Shown here piece by piece: positions 50,299 to 62,705 of a stretch of DNA of 64,000 nucleotides. A program made the translations under genes and the position numbers. A model generated the notes under the pieces. The model was given only the letters and a program-made list of their open reading frames with translations. It was not told the origin of the DNA and searched no databases. The DNA lies in assembly GCF_006345805.1 (NCBI RefSeq), contig NC_043002.1:24738001-24802000 (forward strand), given 5' to 3'. The stretch comes from Octopus sinensis (Eukaryota). The first letter of the stretch is position 1. Each line of letters opens with the position of its first letter.

Positions 50299-50927
50299 GC
50301 TAAACTAACCACATATGAGACAGGACACACCCATTAAGACACGTGTTTATTTTTAACTGTCAAACTCGTGCTAAAACAGAAAAAATTATCTTAGCTAACG
50401 AGGAGCCTCAACGTCGTCTCTCATAATGCTAGACATAGCAACCAAAGTTTCTTCAATAGAATTTATTGTCTTTAAAAGGGGGGGGGTGTACACTGTATAA
50501 TTGGTATACCTACACAAGTGTGCCCCACCGATTTTGTTTTCTCATATCTTTCAGAGAAATGGATGTTTTTTTTATGAAATTCTCTAAAAATACCTTTCAG
50601 ATGGTGTAAATTCTGATCATATTGGAATATAATGTGAAAAAAAAATGTAGTGGGTGCAAATACATTACATATATCCCAACGAAATGAAAAGAATTGTGAT
50701 GTGTGTGAGTATGAATGTATGGGCACCCACATTTTTTTCTCACATTAAATTCCGATATAATCGTAATGTACGCCATCTGAGAGCTGTTTGAAGAAAATTT
50801 CATTAAAAAATCCATCCATCCATCCATCCATCCAATTGTCTGATCTACTTGCTTTTATTTCCAGAACACTAGATACATGCACATAACCAATTTAACTAGA
50901 ACATATTCAATATCTTTCATATTGTAA

Positions 50928-51326
50928 GGCGGCGAGCTGGCATAAACGTTAGCACGCTGGGCGAAATGCGTAACCGTATTTCGTCTGCCGTTACGTTCTG
51001 AGTTCAAATTCCGCCGAGGTCGACTTTGCCTTTCATCCTTTCGGGGTCGAAAAATAAAGTACCAATTACGCACTGGGATCGATGTAATCGACTTAATCCG
51101 TTTGTCTGTCCTTGTTTGTCCCATCTGTGTTTAGCCCCTGGTGGGTAGTAAAGAAATAGGTATTTCGTCTGTCTTTACGTTCTGAGTTCAAATTCCGCCG
51201 AGGTCGACTTTGCCTTTCATCGTTTCGGAGTCGATAAATTAAGTACCAGTTGCGTAATGGGGTCAGTCTAATCGACTGTCCCCGTCCCCCAAAATTTCTG
51301 GCCTTGTGCATAGAGTAGAAAGGAAT
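50928..51326 (+). mobile_element. SINE family B, dimeric full-length copy
   Basis: tRNA-like head GGCGGCGAGCTGGC...GAGTTCAAATTCC; core repeated twice. Confidence 0.9.
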
Positions 51327-51399
51327 ATCTTCTATATTGTAAACCTTTAATAATCACATAGAACATTACAGAAACGTTCTATGACATAATATAAATTTG

Positions 51400-51780
51400 G
51401 TATCGAGAGCTATACCAGCCCTCGAACAGGACGTCACTGCACTGTTTCAAAGGTCCCAACCACCCCGTCTAGAGTGAGGAGCACATACTGCAATAACTTG
51501 GGATTCAAAAGCCAACAGCTATTTACAGCTAGTCAACAGCCTAGCCAAAACATCTGAGGGATCTTCATGGGGTAGGAGTAAATGTTTTCATGAAACAATT
51601 TGACCTCCTACTATCAAAGCCTCAGATGAAGGCAGGAAACTCAAAAAAAGGTAGCAGTGTCGAACTATCTCCTTCACCAAAAGCCAATCATATAAGATTG
51701 GCCATTGAAAAGGTGATTACACTGGCGGTGCTCCAGCATGGCCACAGCCTTAGGGCTGAAACGTATAAAAGAATAAATAC
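51400..51780 (+). mobile_element. LINE (CR1/L2-group-like) 3' end sharing its tail with SINE family A
   Basis: Peptide KHLRDLHGVGVNVFMKQFDLLLSK then tail GGCGGTGCTCCAGCATGGCCACAGCCTTAGGGCTGAAACGTATAAAAGAATAAA. Confidence 0.55.
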
Positions 51781-52122
51781 ATTTTGTACATGTTAATATA
51801 AACTTCCATATTCTCTTGCCGTTAATTATTTAATATAGAAAATGTACGGAAGCGCATATTTAATTGTATGGTCATACTAGCTAATGAACGACCTCTTATC
51901 TAATTATCGATGACAATAATGAGCCCTAAATATACCCACCATATTATGGGTAGTTTTAGGTAATCCAATGTATTTAAAAACTGACCAAAGTCCTGTCAAG
52001 TCTGGCTTATAGAAGATGAAGAACTGGAGAAGTGATAAGATAAAAATGAATAAAATCAATTAAAATAAGATAAATGGAAGGAACAGAACACACGACAGAG
52101 AAACAAACAGATAGTAAATGAA

Positions 52123-52540
52123 GGATCTTTTCGGTTTGAACGGCAGTTTTTTCTAGCGGTGTCATATGAAATTGGCACCCATAATTATGACCCTAGTATT
52201 GATCTATTGCATTTCAATCTGTTTTAGGGTTAGGGTTAGTGGTGAGGGAAAGGGTATCTTTTTTTCTTCAGAAATGTAAATAAACATAATCTGTTTCTTA
52301 AACGAGGGACATATTCATACGGCACAGAATGTTTTCACCTCAATAGACGTTATTGATTGGTTGAAATTGCAGAAATTGAAGAAAAAACAACAACAAATAT
52401 CTTACAAACTATAGAATTTTCTCAATAAAGCCAAGAGAAAAAGTTGTTTTATAAACACATTCTACCAGTATACGAAGTTTAAAAGTGTTTAGTTACGTGG
52501 AAATTATTTTTAAAAACTGCCGGCCAAACCGAAAAGATCC
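52123..52540. mobile_element. MITE, 418 bp, same family as 20887-21306
   Basis: TIRs GGATCTTTTCGGTTTG / CAAACCGAAAAGATCC; TSD TAAATGAA at 52115-52122 and 52541-52548. Confidence 0.92.
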
Positions 52541-52843
52541 TAAATGAATAATGTACAAACTACAGTTCGTGAAACTGAAAGTAGTACGTGTATGTGTGTG
52601 TGAGAGAGAGAGAAAGAGCGTGTGTGTGAGGGTAAATGTGTATTCGGATTGAGAAAATCTACTAACGCGGACATTATAACAATGACGATCCTATTTTTTA
52701 TGAATGTCTTTCCACCTTTCCATTTATTAAAATAGTGGGATTTCTTAAGGAAATTTGGCTGTTATTTCCTGCAGATCAAGAGACTACAAATTTGCCACTT
52801 GTTGATTGACCCGTGATGAAAGTGTTAGTATCGATTAGTATAT

Positions 52844-53048
52844 TCTATACTTCCTGTCAGCCATAACATGCCGTTCAAATTTCTGTTGATTTAGTGTGGT
52901 GCACCCAGTGTACACATGTAAATACTGTGTAGTGTCGGCAGTGGCGATTCATGAAGTTGGAGCACAAAGGATATGTTGTTTAACTATGTAGAGTGTTTAA
53001 GGAGAAGAGAAAGGAAGAAGATCAGACAGAGAAGAGCGGTATGTTGAG
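52844..53048 (+). promoter_or_regulatory. Predicted promoter motif and non-coding exon 1, ZNF gene 5
   Basis: CTATACTTCCTGT (core 52848-52857); GTTTAAGGAGAAGAGAA...CGGTATGTTGAG|GTAAGT (GT at 53049). Confidence 0.62.
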
Positions 53049-55024
53049 GTAAGTCAACTCCGAGTGTGTTGTAATCTGTTGCTGTCGTTTAACAAGTGTC
53101 TTATTGTTGACATCTGTTGTTTCATGATTCACGTGTTGTTTACAGCAGCCAAGGTTTATTGAAGGTGTTTGTTTTTTTTTCTTTAAAGATTTTAGTGTTA
53201 TATACATAATTACATACGTAACTAACGAGCTAGTTTCTCTGTGTTCACTCGACCTGCGAGAAATATCAGCCAAATATCCCTCAAACTCTGTTGATTAATT
53301 ACAAGATTAAAAGTAAAACGAAATATATTGAAACGATACAAATTAAATGTTCCTTCCAATAACTGACAAATGTAGGATATTGTTATTTAGTCCCAAATCA
53401 TGTCCAATCGAGAGTACTTCATCGGCGATTTCGGTTGTAGACTTGCTTTAACGCTAACGACACGAGATCTTCCACATTTGCTGGTGGTTTTGCTTTGTTT
53501 TTCTAGATATGCTCCAATCTTCTTCCATTGATTTACCATATCTTCCTGAAGGCTGTTCCGAGTACTCGTCACGATTTGTTTTCTATGTTCAGTCGCACTT
53601 GTTGCTTGTAAATTTTGCCGTAGCCACTCAGTGTCATTTCTTCCCTATTCACAAATATATCTTCACTAACTTCTTTGTCGTAGGGTTCATTCATCTTCTT
53701 AAAAACAAATAAATGAATAAAGCGTTGAGTAAAGACAGCTTCTTATGTTTCTCATATGTGAGTTCTGTGAGTATTGGGAAAAAGTTTTGCGGTCTATTGT
53801 ACATTTTCTATCATTTCACCTTGTGTAGGTACAATTTTAATATCAGGTCACCAACTCTCTGCATGTTACAGATGCTGCATCACCAGTACTGTATACACGT
53901 TTAAACATTTCTTCGTCCAGTGTGCTAATAGATTTCCTTAAAAGCAAGTCTCATTAAGCTGTTGTCACCAGACAAAATGTTTAGTCTCGTTTCGTCCGTC
54001 TTTACGCTCTGGTCCAAATTCTGCTGAGTTTCACTTCGCCTTTTCAATCGATAAAACAAATACCAGTTGAGCACTGGGGTAAGTGTAATTGAATAGCACC
54101 CTCCCACCAAAATTTCAGGGGTTACTTAGAAGAAAGCAAAAAATTATATTCTTTGCCAACTTCAGATTGCTGGCTATCACTACTTTTAGTGGAGGGTTTG
54201 ATGTATTTCCGAAATTTCTTCAAATTAATTCATACTGTCATTTTCTTGACTTTTATTGTACATATTGAGTACCCTTTCCTCTTGATTGTATCTTTAAATG
54301 TGTGTATATGTGTGTGTTAAATTGTACAATGCTTGTATACAAACAGCAATGGTACATGGTGGTGGGATGTGTAGAGAGTTAGTGACAGGAAGACTAAAAC
54401 AATGGTTCTGTAACTTATACTAGCATGGAAGAACAAATGTAAAAAAAACTAACAAAATTTATGCAACATACACATTGATTGACATCCATTGTTCTATACT
54501 TGGATCAGGAGACTGTTTTTATGAATTTTTACTGGCATAAGTATTGGTTTAAAATTTTAGCACAAAGCCAGCAAGTTTGGGAGAGGGGGAAAGTCATTTA
54601 CACCAACCTCGGCACTCAACTGGTATTTTATCGCCTCTGAAGGTATGGAAGGCAAATCAACCTTGGCGGAATCTGAACTCAGAACATAAAGACAGACAAA
54701 ACGTCACTAAGCCCAGCATGCTTATGATTCTGTCCACTTACCACCCTAAGTACTGGGTATAATATTGGTGTTTATATATTCATAGCTTAACTTTATCTGC
54801 TGTCAAAATATAATGGCTGATGGCATGATGATTTGATCAGAAGTTGAGAACATTATCATCGTTGCCATTTTAAAGTGTGATAATCCAGTGAAAGTCTGTT
54901 TGTTTTTATGTTTCATATATGTTGCAGAGAGTCAAGATTTAAAACGATATCCTTGCTATTAATTTTTAATGTTATTTTACTTATCATGAACCCCATATTA
55001 ATGTTGGTTCTGTTTGTATTTCAG

Positions 55025-55226
55025 AAAGATGTTTGCATCATGAAAAGAGGATTTCTATGCAAAGATGTCATTTCCTGATTTAAAACTAAAAAGAGCTCCC
55101 TTGAGAGTTCTAAAAAATCCTTCAAGGTAGCTGTGAAAGAGATTCTTTTGTTTTCCGGAAGATATATTCACCAACAATAATTATCCTACTTAATTTAGGT
55201 CTTCAAAGTGGGAAAATAGCAGCTTG
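55025..55226 (+). other. Predicted 5'UTR portion of exon 2, ZNF gene 5
   Basis: Acceptor TTCTGTTTGTATTTCAG|AAAGATG; CATGAAAAGAGGATTTCT similar to gene 2. Confidence 0.55.
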
Positions 55227-56531
55227 ATGGAAGGCAAAATGATTCTTACAGAAGAACCAATCCACCACTGTGAAATTTGTAGTAAAAACTTTCTAAGCTC
55301 TTGGCACTTGAATAAGCACAAGCAATCCCACACTGATGCAAAACCACACCACTGTGGAGTGTGTGGCAAGTCGTTCACATTTAATTGCAACTTGCGAAAG
55401 CATAAAATGATCCATACTGGAGAAAAGCCATTCAGCTGTGAAATATGTGGTAAAGTGTTCACAAACAAAGGTGATGTATCCAGACATAAAGTTGTTCATA
55501 CAGGAGAAAGACCATTCAAGTGTGAGATTTGTAGTAAAAAATTCTTACGTAATTGGCAATTGAATGCACATAAAGTTGCACATATGAGACAGAAACCATA
55601 CCGTTGCGAAATTTGTGATAATACGTTTATGTCTAATACCAACTTAAAGAAACATAAAATGATTCATACTGGGGAAAAGCCATTCACTTGTGAAGTCTGT
55701 GGAAAAGCATTTATATCTAATAGTAACTTACGTATTCATAGAATGGTCCATACAGGAGAACGTCCGTTCAACTGTGAAATCTGTGGTAAAGCATTCCCCA
55801 GAAGAGGTCAAATAACACGGCATAAAGTGGTTCACACAGGAGACAAACCTTACCAATGTATTATTTGTAATAAGAGGTTTTCATCCAATAGTAGTTTAGC
55901 CATCCATAAAATAATTCATACAGAAGATAGTCAATTTCGCTGTGATGTTTGTGGTAAAGCATTCTCTAGAAAAAGTGATGTCACTCGACATAAAATGGTT
56001 CACACTGGAGAAAAGCCATATCACTGTGAAACATGTGGTAAAACATTCTCATGTAAAGGTAATTTAAGAAAACACCAAATGGTTCACACAGGAGAGAAAC
56101 CATACCACTGTGATATTTGTGGTAAAACGTTTGCGAGTAATGGTCATCTAACGAAACATAAAGTGGTTCACACAGGAGAGAAACCATACCACTGTGCGGT
56201 TTGTGGTAAATCATTCTCACAGAGTGGTTATTTACGTTTACATAAAGTGATTCATACGGGAGAGAAACCATTTGACTGTGATATCTGTGATAAGACATTT
56301 GCTAGAAAGAGTGAAGTAATTAGTCATAAAGTCATTCACAGTGGAGAGAGACCTTTTCAGTGTGATATCTGTGGGAAAACCTTTGCTCGGAAGAATACTG
56401 TAAGGATCCATAAAGTTGTTCACACAGGGGAGAAACCATTCGACTGTGATATCTGTGGGAAAGCATTTTCAAACAAAGGTCTGGTGACAAAACACAAACT
56501 GATTCATACTAAACAGAAATCCTTGTTATGA
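55227..56531 (+). CDS. C2H2 zinc-finger protein, cluster gene 5 (434 aa from the ATG, 15 fingers)
   Basis: The track ORF starts at a TTG (55224); ATG at 55227; 15 intact fingers. Confidence 0.95.
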   Translation: MEGKMILTEEPIHHCEICSKNFLSSWHLNKHKQSHTDAKPHHCGVCGKSFTFNCNLRKHKMIHTGEKPFSCEICGKVFTNKGDVSRHKVVHTGERPFKCEICSKKFLRNWQLNAHKVAHMRQKPYRCEICDNTFMSNTNLKKHKMIHTGEKPFTCEVCGKAFISNSNLRIHRMVHTGERPFNCEICGKAFPRRGQITRHKVVHTGDKPYQCIICNKRFSSNSSLAIHKIIHTEDSQFRCDVCGKAFSRKSDVTRHKMVHTGEKPYHCETCGKTFSCKGNLRKHQMVHTGEKPYHCDICGKTFASNGHLTKHKVVHTGEKPYHCAVCGKSFSQSGYLRLHKVIHTGEKPFDCDICDKTFARKSEVISHKVIHSGERPFQCDICGKTFARKNTVRIHKVVHTGEKPFDCDICGKAFSNKGLVTKHKLIHTKQKSLL

Positions 56532-57526
56532 GCCTTTGTTTGAACATTGTCACACAATAGTGATAGAAGGGTCTCTTAAATCATTCATACATTAGAGAAA
56601 ATATAACGTGATAAAGTTTGGGGTTATGTAGTAGACTTAATGGTGTTCTTTAGTTCCTAATCAACCTTTGATTTAGTAAATGTATCATCAAAAATATTCC
56701 AATCATACCCATCTCATCTTTTTAGAGTTATCTTGGACTACATTATATATAATGTGTCCAATATTTATGATGGTGGAGTTTAATTTGAGGGAAATTTGGC
56801 TGCAATTTCAAGCAGTTGTGCAACCAGATGGAGGCTCTAATAGTTGATACATGTGTACAGTCATATATCTATAGTAAAGTTTGGAATTCTAATTCAACTA
56901 GTTTGTACTGAAGAGTATATCTTGAAATGTGTGTAGGAATGAAACATAGGATATTTGATATTTTATCAGCAATGGACCAACATGAAATAGAAAAATCCAT
57001 AGCATGGTTAAGTTCCTAGAAAAACATTCCCTTGAAATGTTCTCTTCGGAGCAAACATAGTTCTAGATATGCTGGAGAGAAAGACTCCTATTAAGAACTT
57101 TGTTGTCGTTTAACATCCGCTTTCACTGCTGGCATGGGTTGGATGGTTTGACTGAGGACTGGCAAGCTGGGAGGCTGCACCAAATCCAATCTGATTTGGC
57201 CAAGTTTCTACAGCTGAATGCCCTTCCTAATGCCAACTACTCTGAGAGTGTAATGGGTGCTTTTTAGGTGCTGGTCAGGTGACACTGGCATCGTCCACAT
57301 TTGAATGGTGCTTTTTATGTGCCACTGGCATGGGGTACTGGTATCAGCTATGCTCAAATGGTGCTTTTTACGTGCCAGTCAGGTGGCCCTGGCATCAGCC
57401 ATGGCTATGATTTCACTTGGTTCAACAGGTCTTCACAAGCACAGCATATTGCCTGACAATTGAAGGGTGCTTTTGTGTATTTGATTGTTGGAGGGAATGA
57501 AAGTAACCACATCAAATTGAGTTATA

Positions 57527-57945
57527 TTTTCGTTTAGTCTTAAATCAGCATTGATCCAACAAACGTTTATCACAAGCATTTCTAACATGACCCTCTCATT
57601 TTACCCCTGATATTGTGTACCCTGGACTACATGATTCTATGTATCCATTTTTTAAGATGGTAGGATATGGTCTGAAGGAGATTTACCTGCTATTTCTAGC
57701 AGGTTGAACAACCACATAGAATTAAACTACCTTTATCTTCTGGAGAGGATATTTTTGCTCTAATGAACTAGCAAGGGAGCCTCTATGTAGTCACTTGATG
57801 TACTAGAAATAGCAACCAAATCCGCCTTAAATCAAACTCTACCATAATGAACAATGTAGTCTAAGATATACAAAAAGATGGGATGGTCTTGGCTGGAATG
57901 CTAGGTGTTTGGTTAGGGCTGTTCTTGAGCTTATCAGCAACAACT
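57527..57945. repeat. Inverted pair of family D repeats
   Basis: Plus copy at about 57527-57720 and minus copy at about 57776-57945. Confidence 0.6.
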
Positions 57946-58269
57946 ACATGAGAACTGAACAGGGAATATATTTTAAGGGATAATTGTTAAATTGCTGTAG
58001 AGACAATACTGTACCATCTTCTGATGTCCTGAAGGTAATCACACAAAAATATGCTAGAAATGTTACATAAGTGCGACAATCTCTTGTGATATTTTTCTCC
58101 AATTTATCAAAATGGTAAAGGGAGATTTTTGATTTTTAAAAGATAAATGTATTTAATAAATTTATAAAATACTTTGTGAAACTGGTATTTATTTCTGAAT
58201 TTAATTCTTAATATTACATTGTTGTCATTACAAAGCTGTGGTAAATGGTAAACTTATATACAGTGGGCA

Positions 58270-58560
58270 CAGCTAGGACTATCTCTCCAAAATTAACCTT
58301 TCTTTTCGAGGTTAGGAAATATTTCAGCCCCCGGTTGCCACTGATACTCTACAGGCTAAAGTGAAGCCCACATTGGAGTACTGCTGTTATGCACACAAAT
58401 AACTTGGATTGCATCCTAAGATAGGCCACTCAAATAGTTACACTATTAGGTACATTCCAACCTTTGGTCCTTCTCTCTATCCTTTCTTTTGCTACAGAAA
58501 TGGTCTCTGTTTCTTGGAGCTGATTAGCCTCCACCACTTAGGCAGTTCTAGGAAAGTTTC
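58270..58560 (+). mobile_element. Highly decayed LINE RT C-terminal fragment
   Basis: LFEVRKYFSP.L.LILY...PTLEYCC resembles the CR1/L2/Jockey RT tail. Confidence 0.4.
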
Positions 58561-58769
58561 CTGTAGGAAAATTCACCTCAGGATTTTTGGCCGTAAGAAA
58601 GTTTGCCGCAAGACAAAAGATGAATTGCTCCACTTAGTATATAATTGTTGCAACCAATAAGAAGGGGTAAAGTAATTTCTTTATTCATTCGACAATATTT
58701 TTTTGTGTAGCAAAAATGTTTGCAGCAAACTTTCTGGATACGATATATGAATAGATAGATGGATAAATG

Positions 58770-58805
<36 letters not shown>

Positions 58806-59165
58806 TATATATATAATTATAATATAAAAGGATAAAAATGTTTAAAATTTTATCAGTGGCCAGCAATTAAAAAATCAGGCCTATTAAGGTGAAATCATAA
58901 ATGCAATTATAATTAAGGGCAAAGAAAAAAATTCTTGTCTATATGCTGAAAGGAGACACTAAATCGTCAAACCACATTAAATATCATTACTATTATTATT
59001 GCACACGTGTCGAAAAGTAAGGGAACAAGCTAATGGAAATTCATAAAATTGAATTATCTCTGGATCTGACCAATTTCTGGATTAACCCAAAAGTTTTTTC
59101 TTCATCAGAGAACACAAAGGAAATAAATGAAATGCTTATACATACCCATAGAAAAGCAGATGCAA

Positions 59166-59239
59166 TGTCATGAATGCACATAAGTACCCCAAATATATAG
59201 ATATGGATATATTTGGGGTACTTATGTGCATTCATGACA
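59166..59239. repeat. Perfect 33-bp inverted repeat with 8-nt loop
   Basis: TGTCATGAATGCACATAAGTACCCCAAATATAT and its exact reverse complement. Confidence 0.95.
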
Positions 59240-59269
59240 CTATGTCTGCTTTTATGTATAATTTTATGG

Positions 59270-61374
59270 CTAATTTTTGCTTCTTTACTGCCTTGTACCT
59301 CTTGAGAGCAGTGCCAATCATCTCAATATGTTTGGTGCTTGACACCACTAAGATGATGTAGAAATATGCTGATATGGATCTCTCACATCCTAGTTTGCAT
59401 GGAATGCCCCTCGACACCTCTAATATGTGTAGTATTGGCTCCAGAATCAGTACATAGAAAAGTGATGAGAAGGGACATTTTTGGCAGACCAAACACATGA
59501 TGTTGACTAGTTCCGAAAGGATACCATTCATTAACCACAGAGCAGATATTGCTATATATTGCAGCAATCCAAACCCTGGAAACAAGTCTGAAGCCAGTTA
59601 CTTTGAGGACTGCCACTAATTAACAATGATCAACTCTATTAAAAGCTTTTGATTATTCTAAGTTGATCAGAACCCTATCCGTGCCTTTTCCTTAGCCACC
59701 CTCTCTATAATGTATCACATGAAGTGGAGGTTGTTGTGGATAGATCTGTTAGTGATAGCGCATGTCTGCACCTCCCCCACTAGACCACTAACAATAAGTG
59801 CTAACCACATGTTTAACACTTTGGCCCAAAACTTAAACACTGCATTTAGCAGAGTTATGGGCCTAAAATTATTGATATGGTCCTCGTTTTACAGGTCATT
59901 TTTCAGCAGCATTACTGCTCCACTGCTCACAGAACTGGGAATTCTGTTCTGCTGCCATTTGCAGTAGACATATGCCAAGCAATCACTGAACAGTCTGGCA
60001 TGTAAACATAAAGCTTGTAGGGCAGATCATCTAAACCAGGCAATTTGATTCTCATGCATCCACTCATCACCTCCTGCATTTCATTGGCTGTTACTGGCCT
60101 TTTGCAACACTCTACCTCTGTGGTTGAGAGCCTCGGCAGTGGGTTGAGGTAGGCACTAAAGTCCAACTTGTGATCTGGCCCACCACTGCCCCTGAACAGT
60201 TGAGTGAAGTGCCGCTGAAAAGCTGCACACATCTACTTGGGATTGAGTAACACACACCCATCTTGGTCTGTCAAAGACCAGATAGTGGTTCTGTTGTCAT
60301 GACATACCTCTGCCACTTGGGTCTATCAAACAGCTTTTTGTCTCCTCGTGTCTAAGAGCACGTGCCTTAACTCTGACAACACAGCCTTTGTACTTTGTGC
60401 TGAAGAATTGGTTGAGAGCCAATCTTGCTGCAAGCACAGCAGTTGTGCTGCCTTTTGTAAAAACCTCTTCTAGCTTTTAACTAACTCACCCACTAATCTA
60501 GTTCTCTCAATCGCTACTCCTTTACAAAATCATATTGATTCTACTCTAATTGCCCTTTTCAGAGCAAATCACCATTTGTTGTTAATGATTGCTCTTGTCA
60601 ATGCCCACTCAACTAATTTACTAATCTGGTCTCAATAGGTCTGTACACTGGAAAAGACGGGCTCAACTTCCAGTAACTAGGACCCTAGATCACAAATGTG
60701 TAGTTTGTATAGTCAACTATTTTGTAATGTGGATGGCTTATGCTAACCTTATCAACTCCCCTACAAATAAACTCTGTCTAGATATGATCTGGATGACCCA
60801 ATATAGCTAGTTCATGTCTACATTGACACATTTAGGAAATTCAGTTGGTACCTGTCAGAGAATTGGAAATGTCTGAGCAGATTTGCAAGCTTTTTACACA
60901 CTTCTCCTCTATCTACTAGTTCCACACAGTCCCAGCATGCATCTTAGATACCATTCCAGTTTCCCATTAGCACTAAGGAGGACTTTCCTAGAAAGGTCTC
61001 AAGGCATCTGAAGAAATCAAGCCATCCTGCCCCTGCCAGGGCGTAGACAGTCTCTAGCCTGAAAACATAGCCATCCCTGCTGGTCATATCCAGCATCACC
61101 AACTTACCTTCTGAGTCTAGGAAGATCGTCCATATCATGAGATCCAAGCCTTTCTGAAACAACACAACTTTTCACCAGATCCCAGACAGCTTGGAGATGT
61201 GTAAACCTTGTAGCTGCCAAAAATGGGTTCAAAGACTCATGCCTTGAAAATTCTGGTCTCACTGATGGCCACCATATTTATGTTCAGTGACCTGAGGTCA
61301 TTGAGCAGGTGACCCTGCTTCCAAGATGACCCTACGCCACATGCATTTATGCTGCCTATTCTGAGTAAGGCCAT
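59270..61374 (-). mobile_element. Decayed L1/Tx1-clade LINE ORF2 (endonuclease + RT), 3'-truncated
   Basis: MALLRIGSINACG...ISET, VLMGNWN, PGLDDLPY, FRPITLLNAVFKFWAK and KCPFSSLFYVL; YADD decayed to YFYI. The low-complexity upstream ~600 bp may be ORF1 or 5'UTR. Confidence 0.85.
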
Positions 61375-62420
61375 GCTAAATAAAGAATGGAAAAATGTGG
61401 GAAAGACCATTTACCTTAGTCTTTTGGAGGAAGGATGATTGCTCCATCCTTCTGGTTAGTTGTGCGTTCTTTCACAAGAATATTTGTGTACATCCTTTTT
61501 GATATTGTCTCTCAGTAGTCCCCAGTTACCTTGGGGAATTTCATTTTTAGTACTGGATATGTGTTTTGGTCTGATGGAATAATTTTTATGTGTGTTGGTG
61601 GTGCGATTTTTTTGGACAATATGTAATTTGTTTCTGATATGCTAGTGTTGTGTTGCATGTAGTGGAGTAGCTTTTTGTTTTTAATGTTTATTGCTGTGTA
61701 GTATGTGTTCTTTTTGTTGTATTTGCTGTTATTGTTATTGCAGATGAGGGATTGGTTGTGTTTGGGACAATGTGTTGTATTGTTGATGCTGGTTGTGGAG
61801 GTGAGCTTGGTGGTGTTGCTGTTGGTAGTGATGGTAGATTGATGTTGGTGTTGTGTGTCCTATGTTTGTGATGCATTTTGCAGTCATTTTTTTAATGGAT
61901 GAATTATCTATTCTTTTCTTTCCTATTTTATTCACAATTTTCCACTCCCCTTCACTCTGTGACTGAGTGTGCCATGTTGGGTAGGAACATGTCTTCTATC
62001 TGTGGTGTTGTTACATGTGTTGGTGTAGATTCTGGCATGGCAGATGGTGGTGGAGCTTCTGCTATTGTTATTGCTGCTGCTTTCAGGTTTTTTGGATAAA
62101 GTTTTCTGAACTAACCCAATAAGTTTACAATTAATCCCATGAAATATTGACGAGTCCCGCTAGTAATAATAATAATAATCCTTTCTACTATACGCACAAA
62201 ATCTGAAATTTGGGGGAAGGGGACTTAATTTCACTGATACTTGATTTATCGACCCTGAATGGATGAACGGAAAAGTCGACCTCGGTGGAATTTGAACGTA
62301 GAGACAGATGAAATGTCGCAAGAGATTTTGCCCAGCGTACTTAATAATTCTAGCAGCTCGCAAAGAAAATATACTCAAATTAAGATAGAATTTGACCTAT
62401 ATCAAGAAACATTATAGCGG

Positions 62421-62705
62421 CTCCGGAAGTGATTTACTTGACCTGCGCATGCTCATTAAGCCCTAGCGGGAAGTGCACGTCGAAGTTCGTCTAAAGATTT
62501 ATTTACCTTAATATAAGAAAAACTATATAAAACGTAGAAATATATATAGAATACAGAAATGATTACTAATTTACTGTAGGATAACTGTAAATTAATTTAA
62601 TGAAGTACTTGTGATAGTTTTAAACCTAATGATCTGCTGTGTGTCGCCTATATCCTGCTATTTATCGATGTTAAACTGCAAGTGATAGGAAAAGAATACA
62701 CTGAG
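62421..62705 (+). promoter_or_regulatory. Candidate promoter and exon 1 of a sixth cluster gene (CDS outside the window)
   Basis: CCGGAAGTG (62423), TGCGCATGC (62444) and GGGAAGTG (62468); ATACACTGAG|GTGAGA resembles gene 2 TTATACTGAG|GTGAGG. Confidence 0.45.
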
